DNA of 64,000 bases from Nitrosopumilus sp. (lineage in GTDB: Archaea > Thermoproteota > Nitrososphaeria > Nitrososphaerales > Nitrosopumilaceae), in contig CBDBGZ010000007.1 in the NCBI GenBank assembly GCA_965205425.1, positions 53,203 through 117,202 of the forward strand, given 5' to 3'. Under the pieces are notes generated by a model, which worked only from the letters and a program-made list of their open reading frames with translations, was not told the origin of the DNA and did no database searches. Each line of letters opens with the position of its first letter. Position 1 is the first letter of the stretch. Below are positions 12,405 through 22,348 of the stretch, piece after piece. Position numbers and translations under genes: made by a program.

Positions 12405-13063
12405 AAATGCTGTATCATCTACTACTGCTAATGGTATATATGATACTGGTGATGTAGTCGATGTCACTGTATTATTTTCCGAACCTGTTACTGTTACTGG
12501 AACTCCGCAAATCACACTAGAAACTGGCAGTATTGATCGAACAGTTAGCTATACATCTGGCAGTGGTACTGATACCTTAACATTTCAATATGTTGTACAA
12601 CCCGGTGACACATCATTAGATCTTAATTACGTTAATGTAAATTCTCTAATGTTAAATGGAGGTAGCATTAACGCCTTAAAATCTCCAAATAATGGTGCAA
12701 TTTTAACATTGCCTTCTCTAGATTTTGTTTTGAAAGTTAGACCTGTAAATGCATTTGGTTCTTTAGGATTGACCAAAGATCTTATCATTGTAGACGCTCC
12801 GCCAATCTTTGACTCTGGTATAATACAAGAGGGAACAGGAGTACTCTCTGTAACATTCTCAGAGACAATAAATCCTGACAATGTTACAGTGGGCAGCTTT
12901 ACAATATCTGATACTGCAGGTAACCACATGTCTGTATCACTTGTTGATACAACACACGCCATTGATCCTGACTCTGATGACACCCTTACAATAACTCTAA
13001 CTGAGGCGCAGCGACAACAAATAATCTCTTACACCGGCAGTGATAACAATGATATCTTGCATT

Positions 13064-13508
13064 TAGACATTGCAGAAGATGCAGTAAGTGATGTTGCAGG
13101 AAACGGCATTGCAGCATCAGAGGACAATGCGATAACTACAACTGGAGATACTGCCGGCCCTGAATTTGGTTCTGCTACATTTGATGCCAACACCGGAGTC
13201 CTGGATATTACATTTAATGAGACCATAAGCAACACTGACTCTTCTTCTGTGGATCTCTCAAAGCTGTTCCTTAGTGCACCAGACACTGAGAATCAGGTGC
13301 CCCTTGCAGGTGCAACAGTTGGTACTATAGGCGACTCTGTCACACTATCTATCACCCTAACTGAAGAACAGAGAATCTCAACACTTGGCAACTCTCTTAC
13401 ACCGCAGCTAGACATTGCAGAAGATGCAGTAAGTGATGTTGCAGGAAACGGCATTGCAGCATCAGAGGACAATGCGATAACTACAACTGGAGATACTGCC
13501 GGCCCTGA
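13064..13508 (+). repeat. 100-bp exact direct repeat (13064-13163, 13409-13508) in the Ig-repeat region
   Basis: LDIAEDAVSDVAGNGIAASEDNAITTTGDTAGP encoded twice by identical DNA. Confidence 0.9.
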
Positions 13509-14408
13509 TGGCGATGCTCTCTCACCGACATCTACACAGACTGAAACATCTTCATCTAGTGGCAGCGGCAGAATTAACTTGGATGTATCTGAAGAGTCCC
13601 ACGCTGAATTCTTACACAAAGATATCGACAAATCAAATTGTGACTCTAAGGGATTTGGAATGGGTATCTCGCTTCGAATATTCAGTATAGGATATGACAG
13701 GGAAACTAGTACTGTCAATGTGGAACTACTCTCTACATGCGGACCTGCATCTGTCTCTGTCAACACTGATGCAGGTGTGCACCTTGCAGCATTATCTCTA
13801 ACATCTGAGCAGTTGCCTCAGTCCTCTGCAAATTCAACAGAGAAACAGCACCTCATATACTCTGCCATAATTAATTCTGATGCAGACTCTTTTACAGTTA
13901 TAGCAAAAGACAAACGAGACACATTTACTCAGACCATAACGCTAAGTGATGACTTTGTTGAAAAGAAATACCATCATCGTACAGGGTATACTAGCGAACA
14001 GCTAAGTTCACTTGAGAATCTAAATGCAATAGAGGATGATCCAAGACCTATAGCAGATAAGACCGTTCTAAAAAACACTGATCCTATACCTTTGTGGATA
14101 AAGTCTGATCTGGAATTGTGGAATGGAAGTCCTGCCCGTGATATATTCTTCTTTAATTCCATTGACTATCTAATTGATAACCGCTATATCGTCTATGAAG
14201 ACTGGGAAAAATCAAAAAGCCTGCGAAATCTGGATACATATCCCAAATGGCTGCTTAATGATGTAGGTAATTACCTTGATGGTAATCTCACTGATGCTGA
14301 ATTCACTGAACTCATTGAGACCCTCATAGAAGAGCGTGTTGTTAGAATTGCAGATGATGACAATGATGATGGATAGATAATCTGAGATTTGGATATAATG
14401 AATTACAA

Positions 14409-14519
14409 ATGACTCTTGATCCTGAATTTTCAAAACAAACTACAGATTTAATTCAACAAACACTAGAATTATACAAATCTGCAGGAGCTTCACCTAGAAT
14501 TGGAGAAACATGGGATTGA
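14409..14519 (+). pseudogene. Truncated small hypothetical gene joined to the interior of an IS630
   Basis: MTLDPEFSKQTTDLIQQTLELYKSAGASPRIGETWD then stop at the junction with IS630 sequence. Confidence 0.5.
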
Positions 14520-15352
14520 TGGCCTCTACGACCCCCCAAGAAGTGGTAGGCCAAGAACAATCTCCCAGACTCGAATGGATGCTATCATGTCCAAAAGCAA
14601 TGCTAACTTTGTTTACCCCCATAATGTTGCAACAAAGTATCTTTTATTCCACTGGAGTAAAATTTCACATAACCCACATCAGAAAGATAATGCACCAATA
14701 CGGCATGTCTGCAAAAACTGCACAAAAATATCACATCAACCATGCAAGTATATCTGCTGTGAGAAGCTGGCAGCAACGCATCAAAAAGAGAATTTCACGC
14801 CTAAAAAAGAAAGGATTTGTAATTGCAATGGCTGATGAAGCATTCTTTGTAAGGGATACAAAAACAGGAAAAAAGTACTGGTCACCAGTTGCCAAGAGAA
14901 TATTTCTTCCATATACAGGACGACATGAGAGTCTGGCAGTGTATGGTACAATTACAGAAAATGGTAATCAACTATTCAGAGTTTATGACAAATTCAATGC
15001 TGTAACATTTGTAGAGTACCTAAAGGAATTGCATCAGAAATGTGGCAAGATTGCAATCATTTTAGATAGAGCATCAGTTCACAAATCAAAGAAGGTAAAG
15101 GAATACCTTGCAAACAATAGAGATGTCAAACTAATCTGGTTGCCAAAGGGATCACCATACTTGAAGAACATGATAGAGCAGTGCTGGAAGATAAGCAAGT
15201 ATGCATTGTTGGTTTCAGAGTATTATGCAATGTTTACAATAATGAACAAGGCAGTGTCAAAATATTTCAGAGTGACAAAATTCAAGCTTGATGTTGCAAA
15301 TTATATCTTTAGAAATCCTGCAAAGATGTTTGCGAACTTTTGATCGTCGCTA
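14517..15352 (+). mobile_element. IS630-family element, copy 1 (5'-truncated, frameshifted)
   Basis: MADEA, ILDRASVH, LPKGSPYL..IE motifs; right end TCGCTA followed by TA; near-identical to 46240-47073. Confidence 0.85.
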
Positions 15353-15476
15353 TATGTAGGTCGTAAAGGCTACTGTTCAAATGATTGTTATTTCAAAGTA
15401 TTAGATTCTAGATTGGATGTTTGTTTTAGTAATGATTCTAGCCATACTGAACTTTTAGCAACTCTGGTCTGATCTT

Positions 15477-15668
15477 TTATTTCATTGTCTTTGCAATGTA
15501 ATCTAGTAGATTCTTTTTCTCACTGTCATATTTATCGTGATTTTTTACAAAATCTTTGATTGCTATTACAATCGAATTAGTATCCAAATTTTCCTTAGTC
15601 TTTAGAATTGTCTGTAATAGAATCTCTTTTGATGTTTCTATCTCTAATTTTCTTTGAGATACATTCAC
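15477..15668 (-). CDS. Hypothetical protein
   Basis: 63-aa ORF with plausible helical composition. Confidence 0.45.
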   Translation of the reverse strand: MNVSQRKLEIETSKEILLQTILKTKENLDTNSIVIAIKDFVKNHDKYDSEKKNLLDYIAKTMK

Positions 15669-15819
15669 AGACTATGTTTGTTTTTTAGATTTTAATATTT
15701 ACTACTGTTTATGACTTGATTTTGAATTATTATTTTAGACATTTTTGTTCCTAAATTCTCTATTTTATCATCTTGTCTTCAGTTAGTATTTAATGACAGT
15801 TTGTTATTGTAGAAAACGT

Positions 15820-16515
15820 ATGGATTCCACTGATGTTATAGACGAAGTCAACGCATTATTGAAGTTAGGTGTTGGTGATTCGTATAGACTGGAGCATATC
15901 AAACAAGCATTTATTCAAAATAAAACAATCTGGGTAACTGACGAAAACTATCTTAAAAGAATGAGAGAAAAATATCTTGTTAAACATACTTCTGAGATTG
16001 AACCTGATGCAGAAATTGTCTTTGAAAATGAACCTGAAAACAAAGAAACTATTCATTGTTGGAAATGTGGAAAAAAATGTCCGTTAGGTGCTAATTTTTG
16101 TATGGGTTGTGGAACTTCTATATTTGAAATAGGTGAAACTTCTCAATCTGACACTGATTCAAAATCTACACGTTCTAAAAATTTTACAAAATCCATTCCC
16201 TTAAAAATTCCAATACTAGTTGGAATTCCTGTTTTAATTTTGATTATTCTTGGTGCCGGATACTCTCAAGGATATTTTGATAATGCATTGGAACGTTCAT
16301 CTCCCAAATCTATCCCTGTTCCTGTAATTGAGAATGAAATAATCACTTCAGGCGAAACTGATTCTAAATGTGGTTCTGGAACTGTCTTTGATTCTGAATC
16401 CAACTCTTGCGTTTTAGGAAGTGTATCTGACACTGTAACTTCAGAAGAAACTGATTCTAAATGTGGTTCTGGAACTGTCTTTGATTCTGAATCAAACTCT
16501 TGTATTCTTGAATAA
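15820..16515 (+). CDS. Zinc-ribbon membrane protein with two C-terminal Cys repeats
   Basis: CWKC...FCMGCG ribbon, one TM helix, duplicated SKCGSGTVFDSESNSC. Confidence 0.7.
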   Translation: MDSTDVIDEVNALLKLGVGDSYRLEHIKQAFIQNKTIWVTDENYLKRMREKYLVKHTSEIEPDAEIVFENEPENKETIHCWKCGKKCPLGANFCMGCGTSIFEIGETSQSDTDSKSTRSKNFTKSIPLKIPILVGIPVLILIILGAGYSQGYFDNALERSSPKSIPVPVIENEIITSGETDSKCGSGTVFDSESNSCVLGSVSDTVTSEETDSKCGSGTVFDSESNSCILE

Positions 16516-16581
16516 ATGAAATCATATTTTTTGTTAAAATCTACCAATAATTTTTTCTATGTCTTCTTGCAGTAAGATATA

Positions 16582-16794
16582 GTGCATTGTGATAATTCCT
16601 GTAAAAAACTCAAGGCCATTAGTAATAGTCATGAGGGTGGTAGATATGAACAAGGTCAAAAACGATGCCCAAATTGTGAAGTATTCATTGTATGGGATGG
16701 ATTGTGGTGTCCTTGCTGTGGACGTTTATTGAGAACAAAACCTAGAGCTAGAAAATTAAAGCAGAGATTGGCTCTGATAAAATCTAAGAAATGA
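16582..16794 (+). CDS. Small Cys-rich zinc-binding protein
   Basis: CxxxC...RYEQGQKRCxxC...WCPCC..LRTKPR. Confidence 0.7.
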   Translation: MHCDNSCKKLKAISNSHEGGRYEQGQKRCPNCEVFIVWDGLWCPCCGRLLRTKPRARKLKQRLALIKSKK

Positions 16795-16816
16795 TTTTGT
16801 AGATTTTATATTTCTA

Positions 16817-17059
16817 TTAATTACTGCTATTTACAATTTCAGACAATTTACGGATATGTGTTGAATTGTTTTTTACTGCTCGGCTTATCGCTTTTTGCAT
16901 CTCATCTTTGTATTCTTGATGCTCTTTTTTATTTTCCTTAATCACATCACATTTTTCAATAATATCTAAATCCTTAAAATTTTTGTATTGATCATGTGTA
17001 ACATAACATGTGTAGAGTTTTTCTTCCTCTTTGAATTTGTAAATGATTTTGAATGGTAT
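16817..17059 (-). pseudogene. 80-codon frame starting at ATA (lost or non-canonical start)
   Basis: Open frame IPFKIIYKFKEEEKLYTCYVTHDQYKNF...NSSN with AGGTGA 6 nt upstream. Confidence 0.5.
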
Positions 17060-17298
17060 TCTTAATCACCTATTTTATGAACTTGTGATATTTATTCAAA
17101 TGTAATTAAGAATCAATACATGTGATTTTCATTAATTCCCATTATTGGGATAAATTTCTATGGAGTGAATCTAAATTTTAATTCATTCCGATAATGATAA
17201 TATTGTGGTACTAAAATAAAATTCAATAATGAAATCAACGAATATTGTTGCTTTGTTGGTGTTTGCTCAAATTATCATTATTTCTGCAAGTTTTGGAT

Positions 17299-17970
17299 TG
17301 GAGTGGACCCCTGTTTTTAGTACCACTTTTTGCATTATTTTACATACAGTCTGATTCATTTATGTTTTCATCTCCCATAACTCCATGAATTCATCAGGAG
17401 TAAGGTACCCTAACGCTGAATGAATCCTGGAACCATTGTAATCGATTCGTGCTTTCTCTAGAGCAACTTCGGCTTCCTGATAGTTTGCAAACTCGTACCT
17501 CCACAAGTATTCCTTCTTGAGTGTTTTGTGGAATGATTCGACATGTCCGTTTTGTTCTGGCGTGTGGTGTCAGATGAATTCGTGTCTTATTCCAAGTAGA
17601 ACAACTGCTTTTCTGAAATCTCGGCTGTTGTATTGCGAACCGTTGTCAGTTCTGAGAATCAGTTTTGTGCAATCAGGCTTTACAGTAGCTACTGCATTAA
17701 TGATGCTGTCAATTGCAGTGTTCTTTGGAGCTGCCACATCAAATGAATGCCAAATCCACCTTTTGCTAAATGCATCAATCACGTTAAAGCAGTAGCACCA
17801 TCTGTCAACCCCACACCAGACATAGGTGATGTCTGTCTGCCACAACTGGTTTGGTGCATCAGGCTTGAATAATGTTCTGGCAGATTTGATGATGTCATTT
17901 TTGGTCTTTTTAGGCTCAATCCAGCCCAATTTGTGAAATATTCTTCTGATTTGTATTCTGTTCTTCCTCA
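17299..17970 (-). mobile_element. IS3-family remnant (orfB 3' part, internal stop)
   Basis: WQTDITY, TDNGSQY, PEQNGHVESFH, RIHSALGYLTP motifs; in-frame TGA at 17570; terminus TGGAGTGGACCCC. Confidence 0.85.
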
Positions 17971-18195
17971 CATGATTCAAAATTCATTTCATGATTGGGA
18001 ACGAACTATTGGGGGTTTTGAAGAATCCGACGAAAAATTGATGAACATGTTCACATCACATCCGGCATATCTTGCATTTTATGAAACGTATCCTGATGCA
18101 AAAGAAGAGTTTCAAAATCGTAATAGAGGAAATGGAAATCTCAATGTGGGTGTAATGAATTTTGAGACCGGTGATCAAATTATTTTAGATATGTA

Positions 18196-18326
18196 TAGCG
18201 AGAAGCATATGTTCATGAACTATTTTCAAGGTGTTTCAGATTGTTTATTCGTATTTACCTTAGGTAAAATCATCTAATCTCTAGTTTTTTGATGATTTTT
18301 AGTTCACGAACTTTATCTTTTCGCTA
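18196..18326 (-). mobile_element. 131-bp MITE with IS630-type ends, copy 1
   Basis: TA on both flanks; TAGCGA...TCGCTA termini; reverse complement of 63786-63916. Confidence 0.9.
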
Positions 18327-18569
18327 TATTATGATAAATGGGATGATCGAGTTAACGTAAATGTTAGATGTAATATTATGGGTGAGGATAATAGACGTAA
18401 TGATAATTTACGTGCAGACGGACTCTGCCGAAGACTTCATCCGAAATATAGATTGTCTAAATCACATTGAAACTACTCCTCAATTAGAAATACAGCCATA
18501 ATACAAATTTTTAAAATTTATGTTGATGGTGGAGTAATTTTAGTACAAAATTAGTCTGGAAAGGTTGAA

Positions 18570-18663
18570 TGGACCGGATGGGATTTGAACCCACGACCTT
18601 TGCGGGAAATAATTCCTTACGCAGTGTGAGTGCGTCATCCAAACCAAACTAGACGACCGGTCC
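18570..18663 (-). tRNA. tRNA-Val (CAC) with 19-nt intron at position 44/45 (18599-18617)
   Basis: ACGCA-CT-CAC-AC-TGCGT arm; BHB TGCG-TAA-GGAA..TTCC-CGCA-AAG; removal restores AGGTC variable loop. Confidence 0.9.
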
Positions 18664-18756
18664 AACTCAATTAGTTTGTGGGTAGTTTTTTTGTCTTTGC
18701 TATGTGATATGTCACTATTACCTTGACCTTTTGTACTAATTCTAAAAATCTTCATC

Positions 18757-19005
18757 ATGTCATTACAAGAATTTGATGCATTAATTGATCGTATGAAATT
18801 GGCCTTTGAATATGCTGATAATTTGGGGCAATATGTAGAAGCTGCTAAAGTTTTGTTTCAAATGAATAATCAACTACCAGATGATCTTCAATTAATCTTT
18901 GAAGAATTAGATAATCCTGAAGCTGCAAAATCCTTTGTAAAACAATACAATAATGAATTAAAATCTGCAATTGTAGATTACAGACAAAGATTGATGACTG
19001 TTTAA
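18757..19005 (+). CDS. Hypothetical protein
   Basis: 82-aa ORF in the core block. Confidence 0.65.
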   Translation: MSLQEFDALIDRMKLAFEYADNLGQYVEAAKVLFQMNNQLPDDLQLIFEELDNPEAAKSFVKQYNNELKSAIVDYRQRLMTV

Positions 19006-19007
19006 TC

Positions 19008-19175
19008 CTATTTCTTAACACCGAGATTTCTGTTCTTTAATCTCAAGTATGGATTTCTGCATTTCCTACATCTTGTTGCGCCAATATCGTTTCTACATCC
19101 ACATTTGAAGCAAATTCTCATTACAAGACGTGCTTGTTGTGCAATTCGTTTCTTTTCTGGGTCTGTAACTGGCAT
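19008..19175 (-). CDS. rpl40e: 50S ribosomal protein L40e
   Basis: 55 aa by hand: ..ICFKCGCRNDIGATRCRKCRNPYLRLK.. Confidence 0.9.
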   Translation of the reverse strand: MPVTDPEKKRIAQQARLVMRICFKCGCRNDIGATRCRKCRNPYLRLKNRNLGVKK

Positions 19176-19206
19176 TTAATTTTCTCCTCAATCTCTCTCT
19201 TTTATT

Positions 19207-20124
19207 CTAATCGGATTTTTCCATCTTTCCTGCTAATAATACTGGTACTTCTGCAGGTCTTTTTGCAACTGGAATATTTGCTTTGTTAAACATTGACACT
19301 TTGGATTCTGCTGAACCATAAGTTCCCATTACAATTGCTCCTGCATGTCCCATTCTCTTCTCTTTTGGTGCTGCCCGTCCTGCAATGTAAGCTACAGTTG
19401 GTTTGTTAAATCCACTGTCAATAATTCTCTGAGCTAAAATTTCTTCAGAATCTCCGCCAATTTCTCCTACTACTACCAACCCCTCTAAATCTGGAATATC
19501 TTTTACCATTTCAAATGCATCAATTAGTCTTGTACCATTAACTGGATCTCCTCCAATACCAATTGTAATTGATTGCCCGAAACCAGAATTTGTTAGAGCA
19601 TCTGAAATTTCATAGAGTAATGTTCCACTTTTTGATAACACTGCAATTTTTCCTGCTTTGAAAGGCATAGGTGGCATAATTCCAATTTTGATTAATTCTG
19701 GAATCATAATTCCTGGTGTGTTTGGTCCAATCACTACTGCTCCTTTTTGATTTGCAAGATCTAATGTTTCCATTGTATCTCTAATTGGAACATGCTCTGG
19801 AATTGCAACAAGCAATTTGATTTCTGCATTCAATGCATCTTTTGCTGCTGAAAGAAAGAATTTTGCTGGGACAAAGATAATTGAAATTTTTGCATTTGTT
19901 GCATCTACTGCTTCTTGCATTGTGTTGTAAACTGGAACTTTATCTTCAAATTTCTGACCTCCTTTCCCTGGAGTAACTCCTGCAACTACATTGGTTCCAT
20001 ATGCTATCATTTGTTTTGCATGCAGTGAACCATATGCACCTGTAATTCCTTGAACTATAACTCCTTTATTTTCATAATCAGAATCTTCTGGTTTTCCCTT
20101 TAGTAATCCAAAAATTTCTGTCAT
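19207..20124 (-). CDS. sucD: Succinyl-CoA synthetase alpha subunit
   Basis: VQGITG, GVTPGKGG, GEIGG, RMGHAGA phospho-His motif. Confidence 0.95.
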   Translation of the reverse strand: MTEIFGLLKGKPEDSDYENKGVIVQGITGAYGSLHAKQMIAYGTNVVAGVTPGKGGQKFEDKVPVYNTMQEAVDATNAKISIIFVPAKFFLSAAKDALNAEIKLLVAIPEHVPIRDTMETLDLANQKGAVVIGPNTPGIMIPELIKIGIMPPMPFKAGKIAVLSKSGTLLYEISDALTNSGFGQSITIGIGGDPVNGTRLIDAFEMVKDIPDLEGLVVVGEIGGDSEEILAQRIIDSGFNKPTVAYIAGRAAPKEKRMGHAGAIVMGTYGSAESKVSMFNKANIPVAKRPAEVPVLLAGKMEKSD

Positions 20125-21227
20125 TTCTTTACTCCCATTACTGCTGCATTAATTGCCTCTTCTACAGAATCAAATATGTTGGTTCTAGAACCTTGAAGCA
20201 TTTCTTTTGCTTTTTCAGATTCTGTACCTTTTAGTCTTGAAAATACCGGTAAATCAATTAGATTATTTTCATATGCTTTGAGAAATGCTTCTGCAACAAC
20301 TGTTGTTTTCACAATTCCTCCATAAAGATTCACGAGAATTCCTTTCACTCTATCTAATTTACTAATCAAAGTTAATGCTTCATACACTGATTCTGTGGTT
20401 GCACCGCCCCCTACATCTAGGAAACATGCGGGTTTTCCACCATTGTCTGATAACATATCTAGTGTTGACATTACTAATCCTGCACCGTTTCCAACAACTG
20501 CGATATCTCCATCTAACTCTACAAGTGAAAATCCACTTTTCTCAGCTTGCTCTTCAATTGCTGTCTTTTCTTGGTATTTTTGCAATTCTGGATGTCGGAA
20601 ATTACTATTGTCATCTGTTACAAATTTACCATCAAGTGCCATAATGGTGTCATCCTGCATAATTGCTAATGGGTTAATTTCTACAAGTTCTGCTTCTTTT
20701 TCAATTGTAAGTTTTGATAATTTTTTTAATGTGTCAACAAATTGGTCTGCTGTGTTTCCTTCTAATTCCATCTCTTTTGCAACTTCTTTTGCAAGCTCAT
20801 CTGAAACTTCACCCAATCCTACTTCTTTGATAATTTGATTTTTTACTGATTCAATTTCAACGCCTCCTTCAGCTGATGCTATGATGGTGTAGCATCTTTT
20901 TGAACGATTCAAAAATAGTGACAGATACAATTCTTTTTTGATATCTGCCATTTTCTCAAGTAAGATTGCTCTTGCTTTTTCACCCTTTATTGTCAAGTCC
21001 ATTACTTGAGGATACTTTATCTCAAATTCATCATCATTTTGACATTTTTGAATTCCACCAGCTTTACCTCTGCCCCCAACTGGAACCTGAATTTTAATTA
21101 CAAACGGATATCCTAATTCTTTAACATGTTTTCGACCTTCTTCTATGTTAGTAGATGATATGCTGGGAAGAAGATTGATTCCATATTCTCTAAACAATTC
21201 CTTAGCCTGAAATTCTAATAATTGCAT
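20121..21227 (-). CDS. sucC: Succinyl-CoA synthetase beta subunit
   Basis: GGRGKAGG, EINPL, GNGAGL, FLDVGGGA motifs. Confidence 0.95.
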   Translation of the reverse strand: MQLLEFQAKELFREYGINLLPSISSTNIEEGRKHVKELGYPFVIKIQVPVGGRGKAGGIQKCQNDDEFEIKYPQVMDLTIKGEKARAILLEKMADIKKELYLSLFLNRSKRCYTIIASAEGGVEIESVKNQIIKEVGLGEVSDELAKEVAKEMELEGNTADQFVDTLKKLSKLTIEKEAELVEINPLAIMQDDTIMALDGKFVTDDNSNFRHPELQKYQEKTAIEEQAEKSGFSLVELDGDIAVVGNGAGLVMSTLDMLSDNGGKPACFLDVGGGATTESVYEALTLISKLDRVKGILVNLYGGIVKTTVVAEAFLKAYENNLIDLPVFSRLKGTESEKAKEMLQGSRTNIFDSVEEAINAAVMGVKK

Positions 21228-21267
21228 GCAAAAATCATGAATTTTACGGTCTTTATTAACTATGATA

Positions 21268-21597
21268 CTATTTCAATTGTTCATCAAGAAAATCTATCAT
21301 TTCCAAAAAGCGATCTTTACTTTTTCTCAATAATTCTTGAGGATACTCTTCAATTGTAAATACAAATTGTTGGTGAAAACTAGGAACTAGAATTCCTCCT
21401 GATGTTACCATCTGCTCAATAACATATCCTTTGGTGAGTGTACACACAATCTCTTCATAGGATTCTTCCTCTTCTTCTAGAGTTTGTCTGTACAGAACAA
21501 TTGGTCTGTTTGTTTTTGTAACAATGTTTGAGCCTTTTTCTAACAGATCCGACAAATGCTGAATTTGCCACGCATCAAGACTAATCTGTTTTACCAT
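21268..21597 (-). CDS. Hypothetical protein
   Basis: 109-aa ORF in the core block. Confidence 0.65.
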   Translation of the reverse strand: MVKQISLDAWQIQHLSDLLEKGSNIVTKTNRPIVLYRQTLEEEEESYEEIVCTLTKGYVIEQMVTSGGILVPSFHQQFVFTIEEYPQELLRKSKDRFLEMIDFLDEQLK

Positions 21598-21711
21598 GAT
21601 ATCAATACGTGATTTTTCTATTTAACCGTGATAAAACAACGCATCTTCACAACTTGTCGTCAATAAAGTCACTTTAATTGAGATTGTAAAATAAAGAAAA
21701 TGATTTGGCAC

Positions 21712-22296
21712 TTATGCCATATCTAGTACTCTAGAATGTTTTCCAGTGTGTGGTCTTTCACCAGAATATTTTCTTCGCATGTGTCCTGATGGTCTTCCAT
21801 AGATTAACTCTAGGAACCAAGACTCGTGCTCGATCTCTTCAGCTAGGATATCTTTTGCAATATCATATGTTACTGGATCTTTTCCAAATGTCATCTGACA
21901 AATTTTATTCCAGTTGACAATTGCACCCTGCTCTGCTTTGAGACATTTTTCTAGAATCTCTTTGTGATCTGTTGGATTTGATGGAAGCTGTAGGAATTCA
22001 CAACCTGAAATTTTGATAAATTCAGTTGCATCATTTGGGAGAATTCCTCCTAATTGGTAGATTCTCTCAAGGCATGATTCAAAGTGGCTAAGATCCTCTA
22101 ATCTTGCATCTTCAATAATTCCTTTGAGTCCTTCTCCTTCCATGCCTGTACAATGTGCTCTGAGGTTGGTAAAGTAATAGTATGCAGTAAATTCCACTGC
22201 TGCATTTTTGATTAATTCTTTTACCAATTCATCGACATCTAGGCCATTTTGTTTTAGAACGTTAATTCCAACAACGTTTGGGTTTGATTCGGACAT
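21712..22296 (-). CDS. DPS-like (DpsL) ferritin-family protein
   Basis: AAVEFTAYYY, EDLSHFE, EEIEHE ferroxidase motifs, PSGH tail. Confidence 0.85.
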   Translation of the reverse strand: MSESNPNVVGINVLKQNGLDVDELVKELIKNAAVEFTAYYYFTNLRAHCTGMEGEGLKGIIEDARLEDLSHFESCLERIYQLGGILPNDATEFIKISGCEFLQLPSNPTDHKEILEKCLKAEQGAIVNWNKICQMTFGKDPVTYDIAKDILAEEIEHESWFLELIYGRPSGHMRRKYSGERPHTGKHSRVLDMA

Positions 22297-22348
22297 TTGC
22301 TTATGGACTTTGTGATTCTAATAAAAATATTACATTCATTTTCAAAAT

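Larger units (their letters stand above)
10101..14376 (+). pseudogene. Disrupted FG-GAP/Ig-like repeat surface protein (paralog of 32020-39360)
   Basis: Three IGDLNGDG repeats and Ig-like repeats; 1-bp deletion near 10948 (GCAGTGGTG vs GCAGTAGGTG) and IS insertion at 11434. Confidence 0.85.
17229..18501 (+). pseudogene. Secreted-protein gene broken by an IS3 fragment, a MITE and frameshifts
   Basis: Signal peptide MKSTNIVALLVFAQ.. stops at the IS3 end; body ..FTSHPAYLAFYETYPDA..LDMY resumes after the MITE as YDKWDDRVNVNVRC. Confidence 0.55.

Noticed and set aside
18540..18758. 72-aa ORF
   Set aside because: Spans tRNA-Val
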